From contig NC_068992.1 of NCBI RefSeq assembly GCF_001194135.2, forward strand, positions 63,345,821-63,404,150: DNA of 58,330 nt. The letters run 5' to 3'. Shown here one piece after another: positions 1-13,545 of this stretch. This DNA is from Octopus bimaculoides. Taxonomy: Eukaryota. The translations under genes were made by a program, and so were the position numbers. The notes under the pieces are model-generated. The model saw only the letters and a program-made list of their open reading frames with translations, was not told where the DNA came from and did not search any database. Every line of letters starts with the position of its first letter. Position 1 is the first letter of the stretch.

Positions 1-350
1 ACACACACACACACACATGTGTATATATACACACACACACGTGTATATATACATATATATATATATATACACACATATATACACACACACACACATGTAT
101 ATACACACACACACACACACATGTGTATATACACACACACATGTGTATATATACACACACACATGTGTATATATACACACACACATGTGTATATATACAT
201 ATATATATATATATACACACATATATATACACACACACATGTATATATACACACACACATGTATATATACACACACACACACACATGTGTATATATACAC
301 ACACACACACACATGTGTATATATACACACACACACACATGTGTATATAT

Positions 351-381
<31 letters not shown>

Positions 382-410
382 CATATATATACATACATAC
401 ACACACACAA
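1..410. repeat. Compound (CA)n/(TA)n microsatellite with a higher-order unit
   Basis: Reiterated units such as acacacacacatgtgtatatat. Explains the HTHT/YIYI ORFs. Confidence 0.97.
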
Positions 411-630
411 AACATATCTATTGTGTATGTGAGTATTGGGTTGTGGTGCTCATAGGTTCCTACCCATGTGAATTAGAATTAACCAAAAACAAAACGCACT
501 CAATACTATTGGGATGAGATGAAATCTGGTGTGTCATTCCTGCAGACCCAGTTTTGAATAATGTTGTGTGTGTTTTGTACAGCCTGCAATTCCTTGTAAG
601 TGCAGCTGATTGCAGGTGCTTTGTACTTAC

Positions 631-743
631 CCAGGTGTCTGGTGTGCCATTCTGGATCAATGTGAGTGTAGTTCTGATAGAAGACAATCATCATTGGGGG
701 CTGAGATCCACCACCTCCTTTCTCATTCCCGTACACTTCCTCC
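631..743 (-). CDS. GLT8D1: GLT8D1-like coding exon 8 (EEVYGNEKGGGGSQPPMMIVFYQNYTHIDPEWHTRHLG)
   Basis: Acceptor gttgatag and donor gtaagt; phase 2 to 1. Resembles human PPLLIVFYQQHSTIDPMWNVRHLG. Confidence 0.92.
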
Positions 744-2551
744 CTATCAACAACAACAACAGAAAAAATAACAATAAAATACAATAATAACTATAATAAT
801 GTTTTCTAACATTCCATTTCTTATTTTAGCACAAAGTCGGTAATTTTTTCTTTTGTTGGGCAGAATAAAGAAATCAACCTCAAAATTGTTTGTTCTCCCA
901 CCATCGCTTGACACCCGATGTTGGTGTGTCTACATCCCTGTATATTAGCAGCTCAGCGAAAGTGGCCGATAGAAGTACAATGCTTACAAAGAATAAGTCT
1001 TGGGGTCAATTTGTTTGACTAAAGGCGGTGCTCCAGCATGGCTGCAGTCAAATGACTGAAATAAGTAAAGGAATAAAAGAATACAATTGAATGGCACTAT
1101 ATTTCATTGACCTTGAAGAGATGAAAGGCAAAAATGACTTTAGTAGGATTTGAAAACAGAACATGAAGAACTGGAACAAATACTGCTGCACAGCATTTGC
1201 TCAAACTCCCAGGATCACACTAACATGTCCTTTTTTTTTTTTTTTCAAGGCAGCCGATTCAAGGGAGATTCAGCTGGTACTTCTAGCATATTGAGTGATC
1301 ACACAGAAGCCTTCTCTTTGCTTCGATGTGAAGAGGTGCAGAATGAGGACGACAAAGAGCTGTTTATTAAAAGTTCTAGAAATTTCTCATTGAGTTCTAT
1401 AAAATCAATTCCTGTATGTGGGTAGGTTCTATGTCTGTCACATACATTTGTGTCAAGGGAACAGCTGTGACAGTCCACAGGTTGCTGTGATCCATCAATC
1501 TGTCTTCCAATCAACAGGACAGCTGTGACAGAGAATATACAGAAGGCAAAAACTATCTCGCACACATACATACACACCCAGGCTCACTTTACAACGTCCA
1601 ACTGTAGAACTTCTCAATGTTCTTTCATCTTTATTTCTTTTCTCTAATCATTGGATTAGTATTTTATAGTTTTGGGCATTGTTGCTTATCAGTTTGGTAG
1701 GTGCCAATACACGAAACAATCGGCCCTTGAGCCACTCTGTTAATTCTGCTAAATATTCATAAAAGAAATATACATACACTCATTACTTGAGTTCCATTTT
1801 TCTTGTCTGCACTCACCATACTTAATTTACATTATATATAGATCAAATCAAAATCGCTGATGTGCTGATTAGCACTCGTGCCAGTCGAACGTTAAAAGTA
1901 CATTCAAGCATGATCGTTGCCAGGGTCACAGATTGGCTGTGCTGGTGGCGCGTAAAAAGCACCAATTGAGTGTGATCATTGCCAGCGTCGCCTTACCGGC
2001 ACATGAAAAACAACATTCGAGTGTGGTCGTTGCCAATGTCACCAGACTGGCTCCCGTGCACATAGCACGTAGAAAACACCTTTTTGAGCATGGTCGTTGC
2101 CAGAACCACCTGACTGGCCCTCATGCCGGTGGCACATAAAAGCACCTGCTACACTCTTGGAGTGGTTGGCATTAGGAAGGCATCCAGCTGTAGAAACTTT
2201 GCCAGATCAGATTGGAGTGTGGTGCAGCCTTGTGGCTCACCAACCCTCAGTCAAACCATCCAACCCATGCCATCATGGAAAGCTTATTTAACAATGCCAC
2301 TGCAAAAATCAACAACCAAATCCTTGAAATCTCAAAGCTGCAAGATAATGCACGATTAATTCAAATCAATATGAATGAATACATGATACATTTGACAAAA
2401 TAATCCAAATACTGAAGGGTTAAAATATTCCCATGATGCCATTTCTCCCAAACTACTCCAGATGCATCTACCACATTCTCAGAGATACAATCTCTTCTAC
2501 ATATTCCAAATCTCTCTCTCACACACACACACACTCTCCAAATGTACCTAC

Positions 2552-2718
2552 TTAGTGTTGAGGGTCATCCAGTACACTAGCCGTGAAGTAATGTTGTTCT
2601 TCTTCCAAAGCCCCAGTTCTGTCACCATTAGTCCAGTGTTGAACGAACAGGCTTTAGGGTTTAGGTGAAGCTTCTGTACATGTTTGTTCTTGAAGTCAAT
2701 GTATTCAGCATAATTGTT
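2552..2718 (-). CDS. GLT8D1: GLT8D1-like coding exon 7 (NNYAEYIDFKNKHVQKLHLNPKACSFNTGLMVTELGLWKKNNITSRLVYWMTLNTK)
   Basis: Acceptor ttttgcag and donor gtaggt; phase 0 to 2. Carries the GT8 (C)SFN-G motif. Confidence 0.93.
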
Positions 2719-2763
2719 CTGCAAAAAGACAAAAAATATTAATGGTAGTAGTAGTAATAGTAA

Positions 2764-2810
<47 letters not shown>

Positions 2811-2811
<1 letters not shown>

Positions 2812-3185
2812 CTCCACCTTAGCGAAGCAGAGGTATTGTTCTTAGTCATATTTGTTTGTTTGTCTGTGGACAAGATAACTCAAGAACCGCTGGATGGATT
2901 CGGATGAAACTTTCAGGGATTTTTGGCCCCATGACTGGCACGAACTGATTAGATTTTGGGATTGATCTGGTACTGGACAAGGATTCTGGATTATTTTGTT
3001 CTGTTTTTTTTTTTACTTAATTTTTGGGAGCGGTCAGGTTCATTTCTAGAATTCTTGTTTGTGAGAGCAGTCAAGTTTATTTCAGATATTCTCATTTTAA
3101 AAATCATCTCCGGCTAATCGTTGAGAGGACGTTGGAGAGGACGTTGGTGTTGCCTTGGCAGAGGTTTGTGCTCTCTGAGTGCTCT
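2811..3185 (+). mobile_element. Non-autonomous Helentron/DINE-1-like element (partial inverted copy at about 45550-45737)
   Basis: 5' hairpin (ctccacctt..gcagaggt), internal (gttt)n and a repeated ggcagaggt near the 3' end. A homologous segment occurs on the opposite strand at 45550-45737. Class assignment is by architecture only. Confidence 0.5.
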
Positions 3186-4372
3186 AATATTAATAATATT
3201 ATAATTAATATTATTATCATTATTATTTAGGAGCAAGCAGGAAGAAACATTAGGATGCCAGGCAAAATGCTTAGAGACATTTCATCCATCTTTATGTTCT
3301 AAGTTCACATGCTGTCAACATTGATTTTGCCTTTCATCCTTTTGGGGTTCAATAAAATAAGTACCAGTCATGCACTGGAGTTGATGTAATTGTCTTACCC
3401 CTCCCCAAAACTGCTGGCCTTGTACCAAAATTTGAAATCATTATTATTATTATTAGGTGGTGAGCTGGTAGAATCGTTAGCACACTGGATAAAATATTTA
3501 GCAGTATTTCATCTGCCGCTACGTTCTGAGTTCAAATTCCACCAAGGTCGACTTTGCCTTTCATCCTTTCAGGGTCAATTAAATAAGTACCAGTTACGCA
3601 TTGGGGTAATGTAATCGGCTTAATCCCCTCCCCCAAGCTGCCCATGTGGAAAAAATTTGCGATCATTATTATTATTAAACAGTGCATACATGACGTGTTT
3701 CTTCCATTTTAGCCCTTATAAAGACCTCAATCAGACTCAATAAATAGGTTCTCTACTTGACAACTAACAGTATTTTCTCACACACACATCCCCCCACCAT
3801 TCCCCACACACAGCCTTAACCACATCTGTAGACACAAAAATCAAGATGACACTAAAAATAATCAGACGGCATCACAAGNNNNNNNNNNNNNNNNNNNNNN
3901 NNNNNNNNNNNNNNNNNNNNGTTACTATCAGACATACCTCTCACCTCTATTACTCACCCAGGATCAAAGAAATACTTCCTTCATTATCATCATCAGCATC
4001 TTTATTATATTACTAGGAGTACCCGGCGTTGTTCAGGTATTAAATACTCGGCAATGGTCTTAATAGGTTCTACCATTTTTTTCGTTGTATATCTCTTTGA
4101 ATATTTTTTGCATTATGTAGCAAACATTGACATTGAGGAAGAAGTGATTTTCCCATAGACCATAAATAAAGTAGTAACAACAGGGTGAAAAGCCCTGGAG
4201 AAGCTACAAGAGCATCTCAGGGGGTGCAACAATTGAATGTAAAGTGGCCCTGAAAAGGGCCGTGTTATTCTCACAATAGCCCTGAAAAGGATTGTTAACT
4301 GTTCACAAGTATAAACGTCCTTTTTTTGTTCATATGAAAAGCAATGGGTGCAGTGATGCCAAAACTCAAGCC

Positions 4373-5125
4373 ACCTACATCAAAGAATTGAAGAAAACTA
4401 CAGCTTGACCTGTAGAAGATATACAGAGGACACGTGGAAAAGATATCTCAATGACTGTTCCCAAATTTGGACCAATTCCCAACAAAATCTGGAAGAATTT
4501 GGCACCCTCCTCAATAATTTGCACCCTAGTCTCAAATTCACAAGAGAAATGAGCAACACACAATTACCATTTCTTATGGTAATTAAAAGCAACACCACAA
4601 TCACAACTGATATTTATTACAAAAGCACAGATACACACCAGTTCCTAAACTTCAAATCATGCCACCCGACACACAAAACGCAACATCCCATACTGTCTAG
4701 CCAAGAAAATTTGTACTACAGGAACAATATGACTTACAAAACTCAAAGGATTTCTGCTCAAGCAAAAATACCCTCTCCTACTTGTAAAAAATAGCATATA
4801 ACAAGCAAAAGAGATACCTGTGGAACAACTTAAGGTAACACAAGAAAGATGAACCCATCAACGGAACACAATACCATTCCTAGTAACACATTGTATCACC
4901 AAAACATTTTTAACATCATCAAAACAAATTTGCCAATCAAGAAACAAAGTGAAAAATTAAAAAAACATTAATAATTAATCAAACACTTAAGCAAAAGGCA
5001 ACCACATAACCTAAAGAAACTATTAAGAAAGGCAAAATTCAACATGAACAAACAGGATAAAACATTCACAATATGCAAGTGTTATGATAACAGATGTGGA
5101 ATGTGTTAATACATGCATACAGGTA
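4373..5125 (+). mobile_element. Penelope-like retroelement remnant (RT C-terminus toward GIY-YIG linker), disrupted
   Basis: WKRYLNDC..LNNLHPSLKFT..LPFL..TTDIYYKSTDTHQFLNFKSCHP is typical of the PLE RT thumb region. A later C-x4-RC-x2-C motif (KCYDNRCGMC) follows. Stops and frameshifts are present. Confidence 0.85.
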
Positions 5126-5283
5126 GATCCATTAGAACATTTCTTGTTCTTCCCAACCTGGAGGCCCTGTATACAGGAGCGAGAGGGAGGGGGATGCACC
5201 TTCATTCTCTGACTAATCCCTAAAGTAATAAATTTCAATGGCCCAAATTTGTTCACAAAAGTTGATATTAAATGGCAACAAAC

Positions 5284-5384
5284 CTTTAGCAAAGTAAGTC
5301 TCTTTGAAACACCTGTGCAATCCTCAGAGAAAGCAGCAATATGGCCTGGTTTTAACTTCATAGAATACAGCTGATGAATATCGC
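5284..5384 (-). CDS. GLT8D1: GLT8D1-like coding exon 6 (GDIHQLYSMKLKPGHIAAFSEDCTGVSKRLTLLK)
   Basis: Acceptor ttttcag; the donor gtttgt is weak but gives the required phase 1 to 0. Resembles human LKPGHAAAFSEDC. Confidence 0.88.
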
Positions 5385-5566
5385 CTGAAAATATAGAATA
5401 CAATTTAAATACAAGTGTGTGTGTGTGTGTGTGTGTGTGCGTGCACATGCGAATATGTGTATGTGTGTCACCATATCCTTGTCTTGACTTCTTCCCCCAA
5501 AAATATCACACCTTGTGCTTATAGTAGAAAGGATTATTATTATTATTATTATTATCATTATTATAA

Positions 5567-6010
5567 AGGTGGTGAGCTGGCAGAATTGTTAGCACGCCAG
5601 AGAAACTGCTTAGCAGTACTTCGTCTGTCTTGACGTTTTGAGTTCAAATTCTACCAAAGTCAACTTTGCTTTTCATCCTTTCAGGGTCAATAAATTACGT
5701 ACCAGTGAAACAATGGGGTTGATACAATCAACTGGTCTCCTCCTGCCGAATTTCAGGCCTTGTGACTTTAGTAGAAAGGATTATTATTATAAAGGAAACG
5801 AGCTGGCAGAATCGTTAGCATGCCAGGCAAGATGCTTAGCCATATTTCACCTGTCACTACATTCTGAGTTCAAATTCCAACAAGGCCGACCTTGCCATCT
5901 ATCCTTTCAGAGTTAATAAACTAAGTACCAGTAAAACACTGGAGTCAATGTGTTCAACTAGTCCCCTTCCCCCCTAATTTCAGGACTTGTGCCTTTAGAA
6001 GAAAGGATAA
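5567..6010 (+). repeat. SINE-like family A, two head-to-tail copies
   Basis: Unit GGTGAGCTGGCAGAATCGTTAGC..GTTCAAATTC..CCTTTCATCCTTT..AGAAAGG(ATT)n. Other copies at about 3458, 11737(-), 12960(-), 17877, 26390(-), 40325 and 49236-50125. Confidence 0.85.
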
Positions 6011-6470
6011 TTATTAATATTATAATCATTAATATTATTATTATTATAGAAGAACATAATGATGTTGCTTTTGGGTGTGGAGAGTAATAGCAGGAAAAGT
6101 AGTGCGAAAATATACGAGTTCAAATAAAAAAAATAAAAAAATCTGCAGCCGAGAATATTGCTAAAGGAGGCGGGTGAGAGGGGAAGAGGTTTCAGATTTT
6201 CTCCATAAGTGCAAGGGAGATAATCAGGGTAGTTTCTTGAAGAGAGCAAAAGCGCAGTATTTGGGAAGGAAACAAGAAAGCAAATGTGGAAAAGGCAAGA
6301 GAGAGAAAAAGGAGAAAGAAAACGAAAATGAATGAAGAAGGAATTTATGGATGAGAAATGGAAGAGAAATGAAGACGTATGAATGAATAATGGAATGAAT
6401 AAAAGTACAAGAAAACAAGAAATCAGCTACTCATAGCTACAGAAGATAGTTTTCTGAGATCACACATATA

Positions 6471-6501
<31 letters not shown>

Positions 6502-6671
6502 CAGCATTGGTTATATTACAAACATCAAATTCGAGTCAGTGACTTTATATAACACCATGCTCCCATACATTTGATCCTATATAAATATTACCATGGCCTT
6601 TAACATAAAAGAATACATATATTAAAAGAACACAAAAGGTAAAAAATATAAATGCAAATAAAAATACAAAT

Positions 6672-7073
6672 ATGGTTCCGGGTTCAGTCCCACTGCGTGG
6701 CACCTTGATCAAGTGTCTTCTACTATAGCCTCGGGCCGACCAAAGCCTTGTGAGTGGATTTGGTAGACGGAAACTGAAAGAAGCCCGTCGTATACATGTG
6801 TGTGTGCGTGTGTGTGTGTGTGNNNNNNNNNNNNNNNNNNNNNNNNNNNNNNNNNNNNNNNNNNNNNNNNNNNNNNNNNNNNNNNNNNNNNNNNNNNNNN
6901 NNNNNNNNNNNNNNNNNNNNNNNNNNNNNNNNNNNNNNNNNNNNNNNNNNNNNNNNNNNNNNNNNNNNNNNNNNNNNNNNNNNNNNNNNNNNNNNNNNNN
7001 NNNNNNNNNNNNGCTCGACTAAAGGCGGAGCTCCAGCATGGCCGCAGTCAAATGACTGAAACAAGTAAAAGAG
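6672..7073 (+). repeat. SINE-like family B (tRNA-like head, internal microsatellite)
   Basis: GGTTCCGGGTTCAGTCCCACTGCGTGGCACCTTG..GGAAACTGAAAGAAGCCCGTCG..GCAGTCAAATGACTGAAACAAG. Other copies at about 9411, 29510(-), 34610(-), 38208, 40500 and 56115. Confidence 0.85.
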
Positions 7074-7246
7074 TATATATAGAACAGCCTATCAAGAGGG
7101 TAAATACAATCGACTAAAAATTCTAAAGTGTGTCATGTGACTAAAAACCTAAATGAAATAATTGACTAAAAATTTTTTAATTTTTCTTTTTTACTCCCCT
7201 CAATTAAAAATATGTCAAAAAAGTCCAGGAGTGTAAGAGAATTCCA

Positions 7247-7299
<53 letters not shown>

Positions 7300-7708
7300 T
7301 ATATATACGAACTGCTGGTGGGAAGTCTATGGCCAGCTTCTGGCCTCGCTCTAATTGCTCTTGGGTTGTTAGAATGCCCTCAGCTGGTGGGATGCTAGTG
7401 TATATGGATTGTAGGAGGAGCACTCCATCAGTTACAACAACGAGGGACCCAGCTGATACGATCAACGGAACAGCCTGCTCGTGAAATTAATATGCAACTG
7501 GCCGAGCACTCCACAGACGCGTGTACCCTTAACGTAGTTCTAGTAGAGATTCAGCGTGACACAGAGTGTGATAAGGCTGGCCTTTTGAAATACAGGTACT
7601 GCTCATTTTTGCCAGCTGAGTGGACTGGAGCAACGTGAAATAAAGTGTCTTGCTCAAGGACACAGCGAGAGTGAAAGAGAGAGAGAGAGAGAGAGAGAGA
7701 TATCTTAC

Positions 7709-7796
7709 CTTGTACAATACAATCACTATCTATATAAATAACACGCTTCTTCAAATTCGGAAACAGTTTTGGCAGGTAGTACCGGGCATAATTGAG
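7709..7796 (-). CDS. GLT8D1: GLT8D1-like coding exon 5 (LNYARYYLPKLFPNLKKRVIYIDSDCIVQ)
   Basis: Acceptor ttttcag and donor gtaaga; phase 0 to 1. Contains the DxD motif. Confidence 0.93.
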
Positions 7797-8289
7797 CTGA
7801 AAATTTTAAAGTGATAAAAACAGTCAATCACTGGACAAATGCATTTGTATCAAACTGACAAAGATCAGAGAAAATGTTTACCAAAAATCACAAACTATCA
7901 ATTGGAATCACAAGTAATTAATAATTAAATTCAATATTCATTTATAAATATCTATCAAGTGATTCAGTTGGTTATATAACCAAATAGGTTCACATTATAT
8001 TACAATACTTTGGGATATTAATGACTTGTAGGGACACTGTATTTCATTATGAAACTGTAATATACTACAGAGTACATTAAATGTTCATATAAGTCAAAAT
8101 TGTATTCTACTGTGTTAGCAGTGCTCTTACATCACTCATTCAGATTTTCTATAGAAATTATAGCCAGTACTGATTTCGTTACGCTTCATATCTGAGACGC
8201 CAGATGTAGTAAACAAGATCAAAGATGGAAAATGGATAATAGGCGTATACTCCATATCTCAGGAGTTTTTGCTCCTTCACATTGTTTAA

Positions 8290-8509
8290 CCCTTTTGTTA
8301 CTATATTTATTTTGAGATGCTCTGTGTTTCTTTCAATTACTTTAAATATAACAAAGAATTTAGTAAAATAACTTAGTTATCATTCAGCTAGTGTTGGGAA
8401 CATAAATTGTGACTAAGGTTGGGTGGAAGATTTTAAGTCAAAACTTATGAAAACAAGACATTTGTACTCAGAGCCAGAGCCAGTCTCAGCCGGGTCGGTA
8501 ACGAAAAGG
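8290..8509. mobile_element. TTAA-flanked (piggyBac-like) MITE
   Basis: TTAA|CCCTTTTGTTAC ... GTAACGAAAAGG|TTAA gives terminal inverted repeats with a TTAA duplication. A related element lies at about 14320-14547. Confidence 0.7.
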
Positions 8510-9258
8510 TTAAACAAGCCACTGAATATAGCGGTGTAACATTATTGAATATGGTTATAATCTCTACAGAAAATCTGTAGAGATAACAAGTGACAATACT
8601 TTGGGTAAGAATCTTGGATTAATTAATGCAGTCTAGGATAGCAATTGTCAACATTTTTTGCACCATGGACTGATCTCAAGCCAGACAATTTTCCCACAGA
8701 AGACAGGATCACATGCGTAACAAATCACAATGAAGTACATAATATATATATTTTAACTATTACATATATAATACAGAAAAATTCAGAGGTAAGCCTTTCT
8801 TGGTGGTATAGGGGTATTTTTGAGTAAAATTCCCAAATAAGATTTTTCCAGTGTCAAAAGACTATTGGCTGTTAGAACTCTTCTGGGTGTAATACATACA
8901 TATAGACTGCATGTACACTACATGTTTAATGCAAAAACAACCTGTAGAGTGTGACAGTTAATAAAATGGAAATGAAATTTTGAAATTTATTCTTTCTGAG
9001 TGGCCTGGTACCAAATGATTCACTGCCTGGTACTGGTCTGTTGCTAGGTATTTGGAGACATCTCAACTCATGTTTTGGGAATGGCATTTAGTAGAGTGAA
9101 ACTGTGCAGCAGACCATCAAACGTGTGTGCGTATGTGTGTGTGTGTGTATTAAGATAATTTGAATAGAATAAACAAAAAAATTCCCTCAAAAATCCAAAA
9201 CAAAGTCATTTTTTTTAAATATCAGAAAATCAAAAAACAAAACGTTTTTAATACTCAC

Positions 9259-9376
9259 TGGGTTAGAAAGTTCCTTTCTCCCCGAATGTATTTTGATTTT
9301 GCCTTTTACCCATTCTTTGCGGAATGGTTTCACTTCATAGTTTGTTAATTGCAGTTTACTTTTTGTTAACCAAACA
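9259..9376 (-). CDS. GLT8D1: GLT8D1-like coding exon 4 (VWLTKSKLQLTNYEVKPFRKEWVKGKIKIHSGRKELSNP)
   Basis: Acceptor cttttcag and donor gtgagt; phase 2 to 0, which bridges the flanking exons exactly. Confidence 0.88.
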
Positions 9377-9959
9377 CTGAAAAGAAAAATACATAGGTAT
9401 ATGCATAGGTGCACGAGTGGCTGTGAGGTAAGAAGCTTGCTTTCCAACCATCTGGTTTCAGGTTCAGGCCCACTTCATGGTACCTTGGACAAGTGTCTTC
9501 AACCATAACCTTGTGAGTGGATTTGGTAGACAGAAACTGAAAGAAGCCTGTCATATATATTTGTATGTGTGTGTCCCACCAATGCTTGACAACTGGTATT
9601 GGTGTGTTTATGTCCTTATAACTTAGCAGTTTGGCAAAAGAGTCTGACAGAATAAGTACCAGGCTTTAAAAAATAAATCCTGGGGTCGATTTGTTCGACT
9701 GAAATACTTCAAGGCAATGCCCTAGCATGGCCGCAATCAAATGACTGAAACAAGTAAAAGGTAAAAGATATAGATCATCATTATCAATAACATCAATTTA
9801 GCATCCACTTTTCCATGCTGGCATGGGTTGGGTGGAGTACACTGAGGCAGATTTTCTATGTGAGTGTGATCACATCTGGGCTCACTTATTTGAGTGATGT
9901 TGGACTAAGCACTTCTGTCAACGACTTACTCCATGGCATTGAAACCTTGTGGAATAAGA

Positions 9960-10140
9960 GATCCATCCATCCATTTACTCCAGCCATTATTCCTAGGAGG
10001 GTTGAGGTGGGTAGAGTCTCCAGGTGCTTCCTCCAGAGGACCTTATCAGAAGCAACTGCCATTATACTTTCCAGTTGGATAGTATCCAACCATCTCGTTC
10101 TCCCCTTGGGACTCTTCCCTCTTGTGACTTTTTTTAGCAC
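9960..10140 (-). mobile_element. RTE-clade LINE 3' end fragment
   Basis: Translation GKSPKGRTRWLDTI..ASDKVLWRKHL matches the G-R-x-G-R..RW..D..WR C-terminal signature of RTE ORFs. Confidence 0.6.
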
Positions 10141-13100
10141 CCATGCCGGTGACACACAAAAGGTACCCACTACACTCTTGGAGTGGTTGGCATTAGAAAG
10201 GGCATCCAGTGGTAGAAAACAGGCCAAGATTAGATTGAAACCCAATTCGGATCTCCGGCTTAACAGTTCCATTTAACCAATGCCAGCAAGGACACTAAAT
10301 GATGATGCTGTCTGTAGTACTAGGGGTATGACCTGGAGAGATCCCTTATGTGACAAACAGGTGAAGGTTGGTGACAGGAAGGCAATACAACAGTAAAACA
10401 ATGCCTCAGTAAAATATTTGTCTAACCCATGCTGGCATGGAAAAATAAAAGTAGAAAAGAATGGATGTAAAAGTAAATGAACGAATTTGAAGGTAAAAGA
10501 AATGTTTTTTTGAAGTAATCACAGAACAAATAGATCATAATCCAAGATAAATTATGTACGTGGTGGTACAACATGCTAGAAATAGCAGTTCAGCTATTCT
10601 CAAATTACATCTTGCAAGGTTGCAAAAAAAAAAAAAAAAAAAAAAGACAGAAAAGAAAAATGTTGTTCAGTTGGAAATAGAGAAAACTGAGAAAAATATA
10701 AGATGCCGTCACACACACACACACACACACACGTGTGTGTGTGTGTGTAACTTATATTTATCTGATAAAGGATTTGCTCCGAGATCGTGTGTTGAAACTA
10801 AAGTAATTACAGAATAGAAGACACACACTCGCCATTCAAAAACACACAGAGCAGTTAACTTCATTTAATCATTTATTATTTGGAGTCAAAATTTTACTCG
10901 CNNNNNNNNNNNNNNNNNNNNNNNNNNNNNNNNNNNNNNNNNNNNNNNNNNNNNNNNNNNNNNNNNNNNNNNNNNNNNNNNNNNNNNNNNNNNNNNNNNN
11001 NNNNNNNNNNNNNNNNNNNNNNNNNNNNNNNNNNNNNNNNNNNNNNNNNNNNNNNNNNNNNNNNNNNNNNNNNNNNNNNNNNNNNNNNNNNNNNNNNNNN
11101 NNNNNNNNNNNNNNNNNNNNNNNNNNNNNNNNNNNNNNNNNNNNNNNNNNNNNNNNNNNNNNNNNNNNNNNNNNNNNNNNNNNNNNNNNNNNNNNNNNNN
11201 NNNNNNNNNNNNNNNNNNNNNNNNNNNNNNNNNNNNNNNNNNNNNNNNNNNNNNNNNNNNNNNNNNNNNNNNNNNNNNNNNNNNNNNNNNNNNNNNNNNN
11301 NNNNNNNNNNNNNNNNNNNNNNNNNNNNNNNNNNNNNNNNNNNNNNNNNNNNNNNNNNNNNNNNNNNNNNNNNNNNNNNNNNNNNNNNNNNNNNNNNNNN
11401 NNNNNNNNNNNNNNNNNNNNNNNNNNNNNNNNNNNNNNNNNNNNNNNNNNNNNNNNNNNNNNNNNNNNNNNNNNNNNNNNNNNNNNNNNNNNNNNNNNNN
11501 NNNNNNNNNNNNNNNNNNNNNNNNNNNNNNNNNNNNNNNNNNNNNNNNNNNNNNNNNNNNNNNNNNNNNNNNNNNNNNNNNNNNNNNNNNTATTAGTCAC
11601 CTGGAGCGATAGCTAAATAGTTGAATGATCTCCCTTGCAAGAAAGATCATAGAGTAACCTCCCTTCTCTAAGTTTCTTGAAGCATCTGTGCCATGAGACG
11701 CGATTCTTAATTATTTTTTTTTTTTGCCCACAGGGGGGCTAAACATAGAGGGAACAAACAAGGACAGACAAAGGGATTAAATCAATTACATCAACCCCAG
11801 TGCGTGCCCCCCCCCGCCCCAAAAGGATGAAAGGCAAAGTCAACCTCGGCGGAATTTGAACTCAGAACGTAACGGCAGACAAAATACCGCTAAGCGTTTC
11901 GCTCAGTGCACTAACGTTTCTGCCAGCTCACCGTGGTTCTTAATTATTCAAGAAGATTAGCGTTTCTTGTGGAAGTTTCATTCCATTCATAAAAACAGTT
12001 TGCTAACCCAGCACTTCGCTTCTTAGTCGATTAGACTTAGAGCCATTCATGTCATTGCTATGCCCGTCTATTTCTCTATGCCACATGACAGAAAACAACC
12101 ACTAAGCTGTTATTTCTACATTTTCTATCTCTGAACTTTCTTGCCTAGATTATTTCATTCAACTAGATTCTACATTTTGATTCTATGTATCATCAACCAG
12201 TGAATAAAATATATTTTTATGTAGTAAATACATAGACCTTTATTTATTCTTTCATCTCTTTTATGAACTCTTGTAATAACATACACGCAGCCACATCAAC
12301 ACCTTGTACTGACTATATATTCCCACTATAACTTTATCAAATGTAATCCTTATTTATTCACATTATTTTGAATTAATCATGTATTATCTCGATTAGAAAT
12401 TTTGATGATGTGACTTTTTTTATTGTTAGAATGACATTGTAAGGTAAGTGTAAGATGTCAGATCTGGTTGATTTGAACATAAAACAGGTAGGACATTTGT
12501 ACCAGATATAGCTAATTTAAATGCTAAATGGTTAAAGCTATTACAAGAGTGACCAACCCATATTTTTCTCAGTTGTCTATTTCCAGCTGAACAGGTTTTG
12601 TCTTTGCAACATGGTAAGTTGTAATTTGAGAAAGATTTAACTACTATCTCTGTTAAATGTAACACTTACTTATTAACACTATTCTCAATTAATCGTGCGT
12701 GCTCTCACAGCTTTACGATTTCAATGAAGTGATTGTTTAGTTTTTAGAATGACATTGCAAGGTAGGTGTGAGAGGCCAGAACTGGCCTGTCTTAAAAAGC
12801 CGATAGAATATTTGAGCCAGATATGTCTAATTTAAATGCTTATTGGTTAGGTGGTGCCCCAGCATGGTCACAGCCTTTGGGGTGGAACCTGGCATGGGTT
12901 AGACAGAAGCTGGCAAGACAGAGGCTTACACCGAGCTCCAATTGTCTGGGGTTTTTTTGGGTTTTTTTGCCCACAAGGGGGCTAGATATAGAGGGGACAA
13001 ACAAGGATAGACAAACGGATTAAGTCGATTATATCGACCCCAGTGTGTAACTGGTACTTATCTAATCGACCCCGAAAGGATGAAAGGCAAAATTGACCTC

Positions 13101-13364
13101 GGCGGATTTTTAACTCAGAACCTGAAGACAGACGAAATACCACTAAGCATTTCGCCCGGCGTGCTAACGTTTCTCCCAGCTCGCCGCCTTCGCCAAGCTC
13201 CAATTGTCTGTTTTGGCATGGTTTCTACAGTTGGATGCCCTTCCTAACATCAGCTACTTTACAGAGTGTACTGTGTGCCTTTTACATGGTGCCAGCATGG
13301 ATGCCTTTTTATGTGGTACAAGCCATAAAAGAGTAGAGGAGGTGAGGTAAGAGGTGATACTTAC

Positions 13365-13545
13365 ACTAAGTGATCAACACTGTCTTCGTCAACAACAAGG
13401 TGAAACATAACATTGTGTTTGGTGTTGGAGTAAATACTGTTCATAGCAGCAATCATTCCGCCCATAGTGTTCTCATCAGATGCCAATACCACATGAACAG
13501 CATTAGTTAAGTTGGGGTACAATTTTATTTTAGAGCTCTTGAGAC
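13365..13545 (-). CDS. GLT8D1: GLT8D1-like coding exon 3 (LKSSKIKLYPNLTNAVHVVLASDENTMGGMIAAMNSIYSNTKHNVMFHLVVDEDSVDHL)
   Basis: Acceptor ttttatag and donor gtaagt; phase 1 to 2. Encodes the first GT8 beta strand and helix. Absent from the supplied ORF track. Confidence 0.93.

Noticed and set aside
17-517. Long HTHT/YIYI ORFs here and at similar tracts (e.g. 47407, 52045)
   Set aside because: These are translations of CA/TA microsatellites.
1250-1413. Exon-like segment on the plus strand (poly-T acceptor, open frame, gtatgt donor), antisense within a GLT8D1 intron
   Set aside because: No recognisable product and no partner exons. Splicing it into GLT8D1 on the minus strand gives an early stop.
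10869-11600. Long poly-X ORFs here and at 19782, 29993 and 56917
   Set aside because: Artefacts of translating N gaps. Both gene models are phase-complete without sequence from the gaps.
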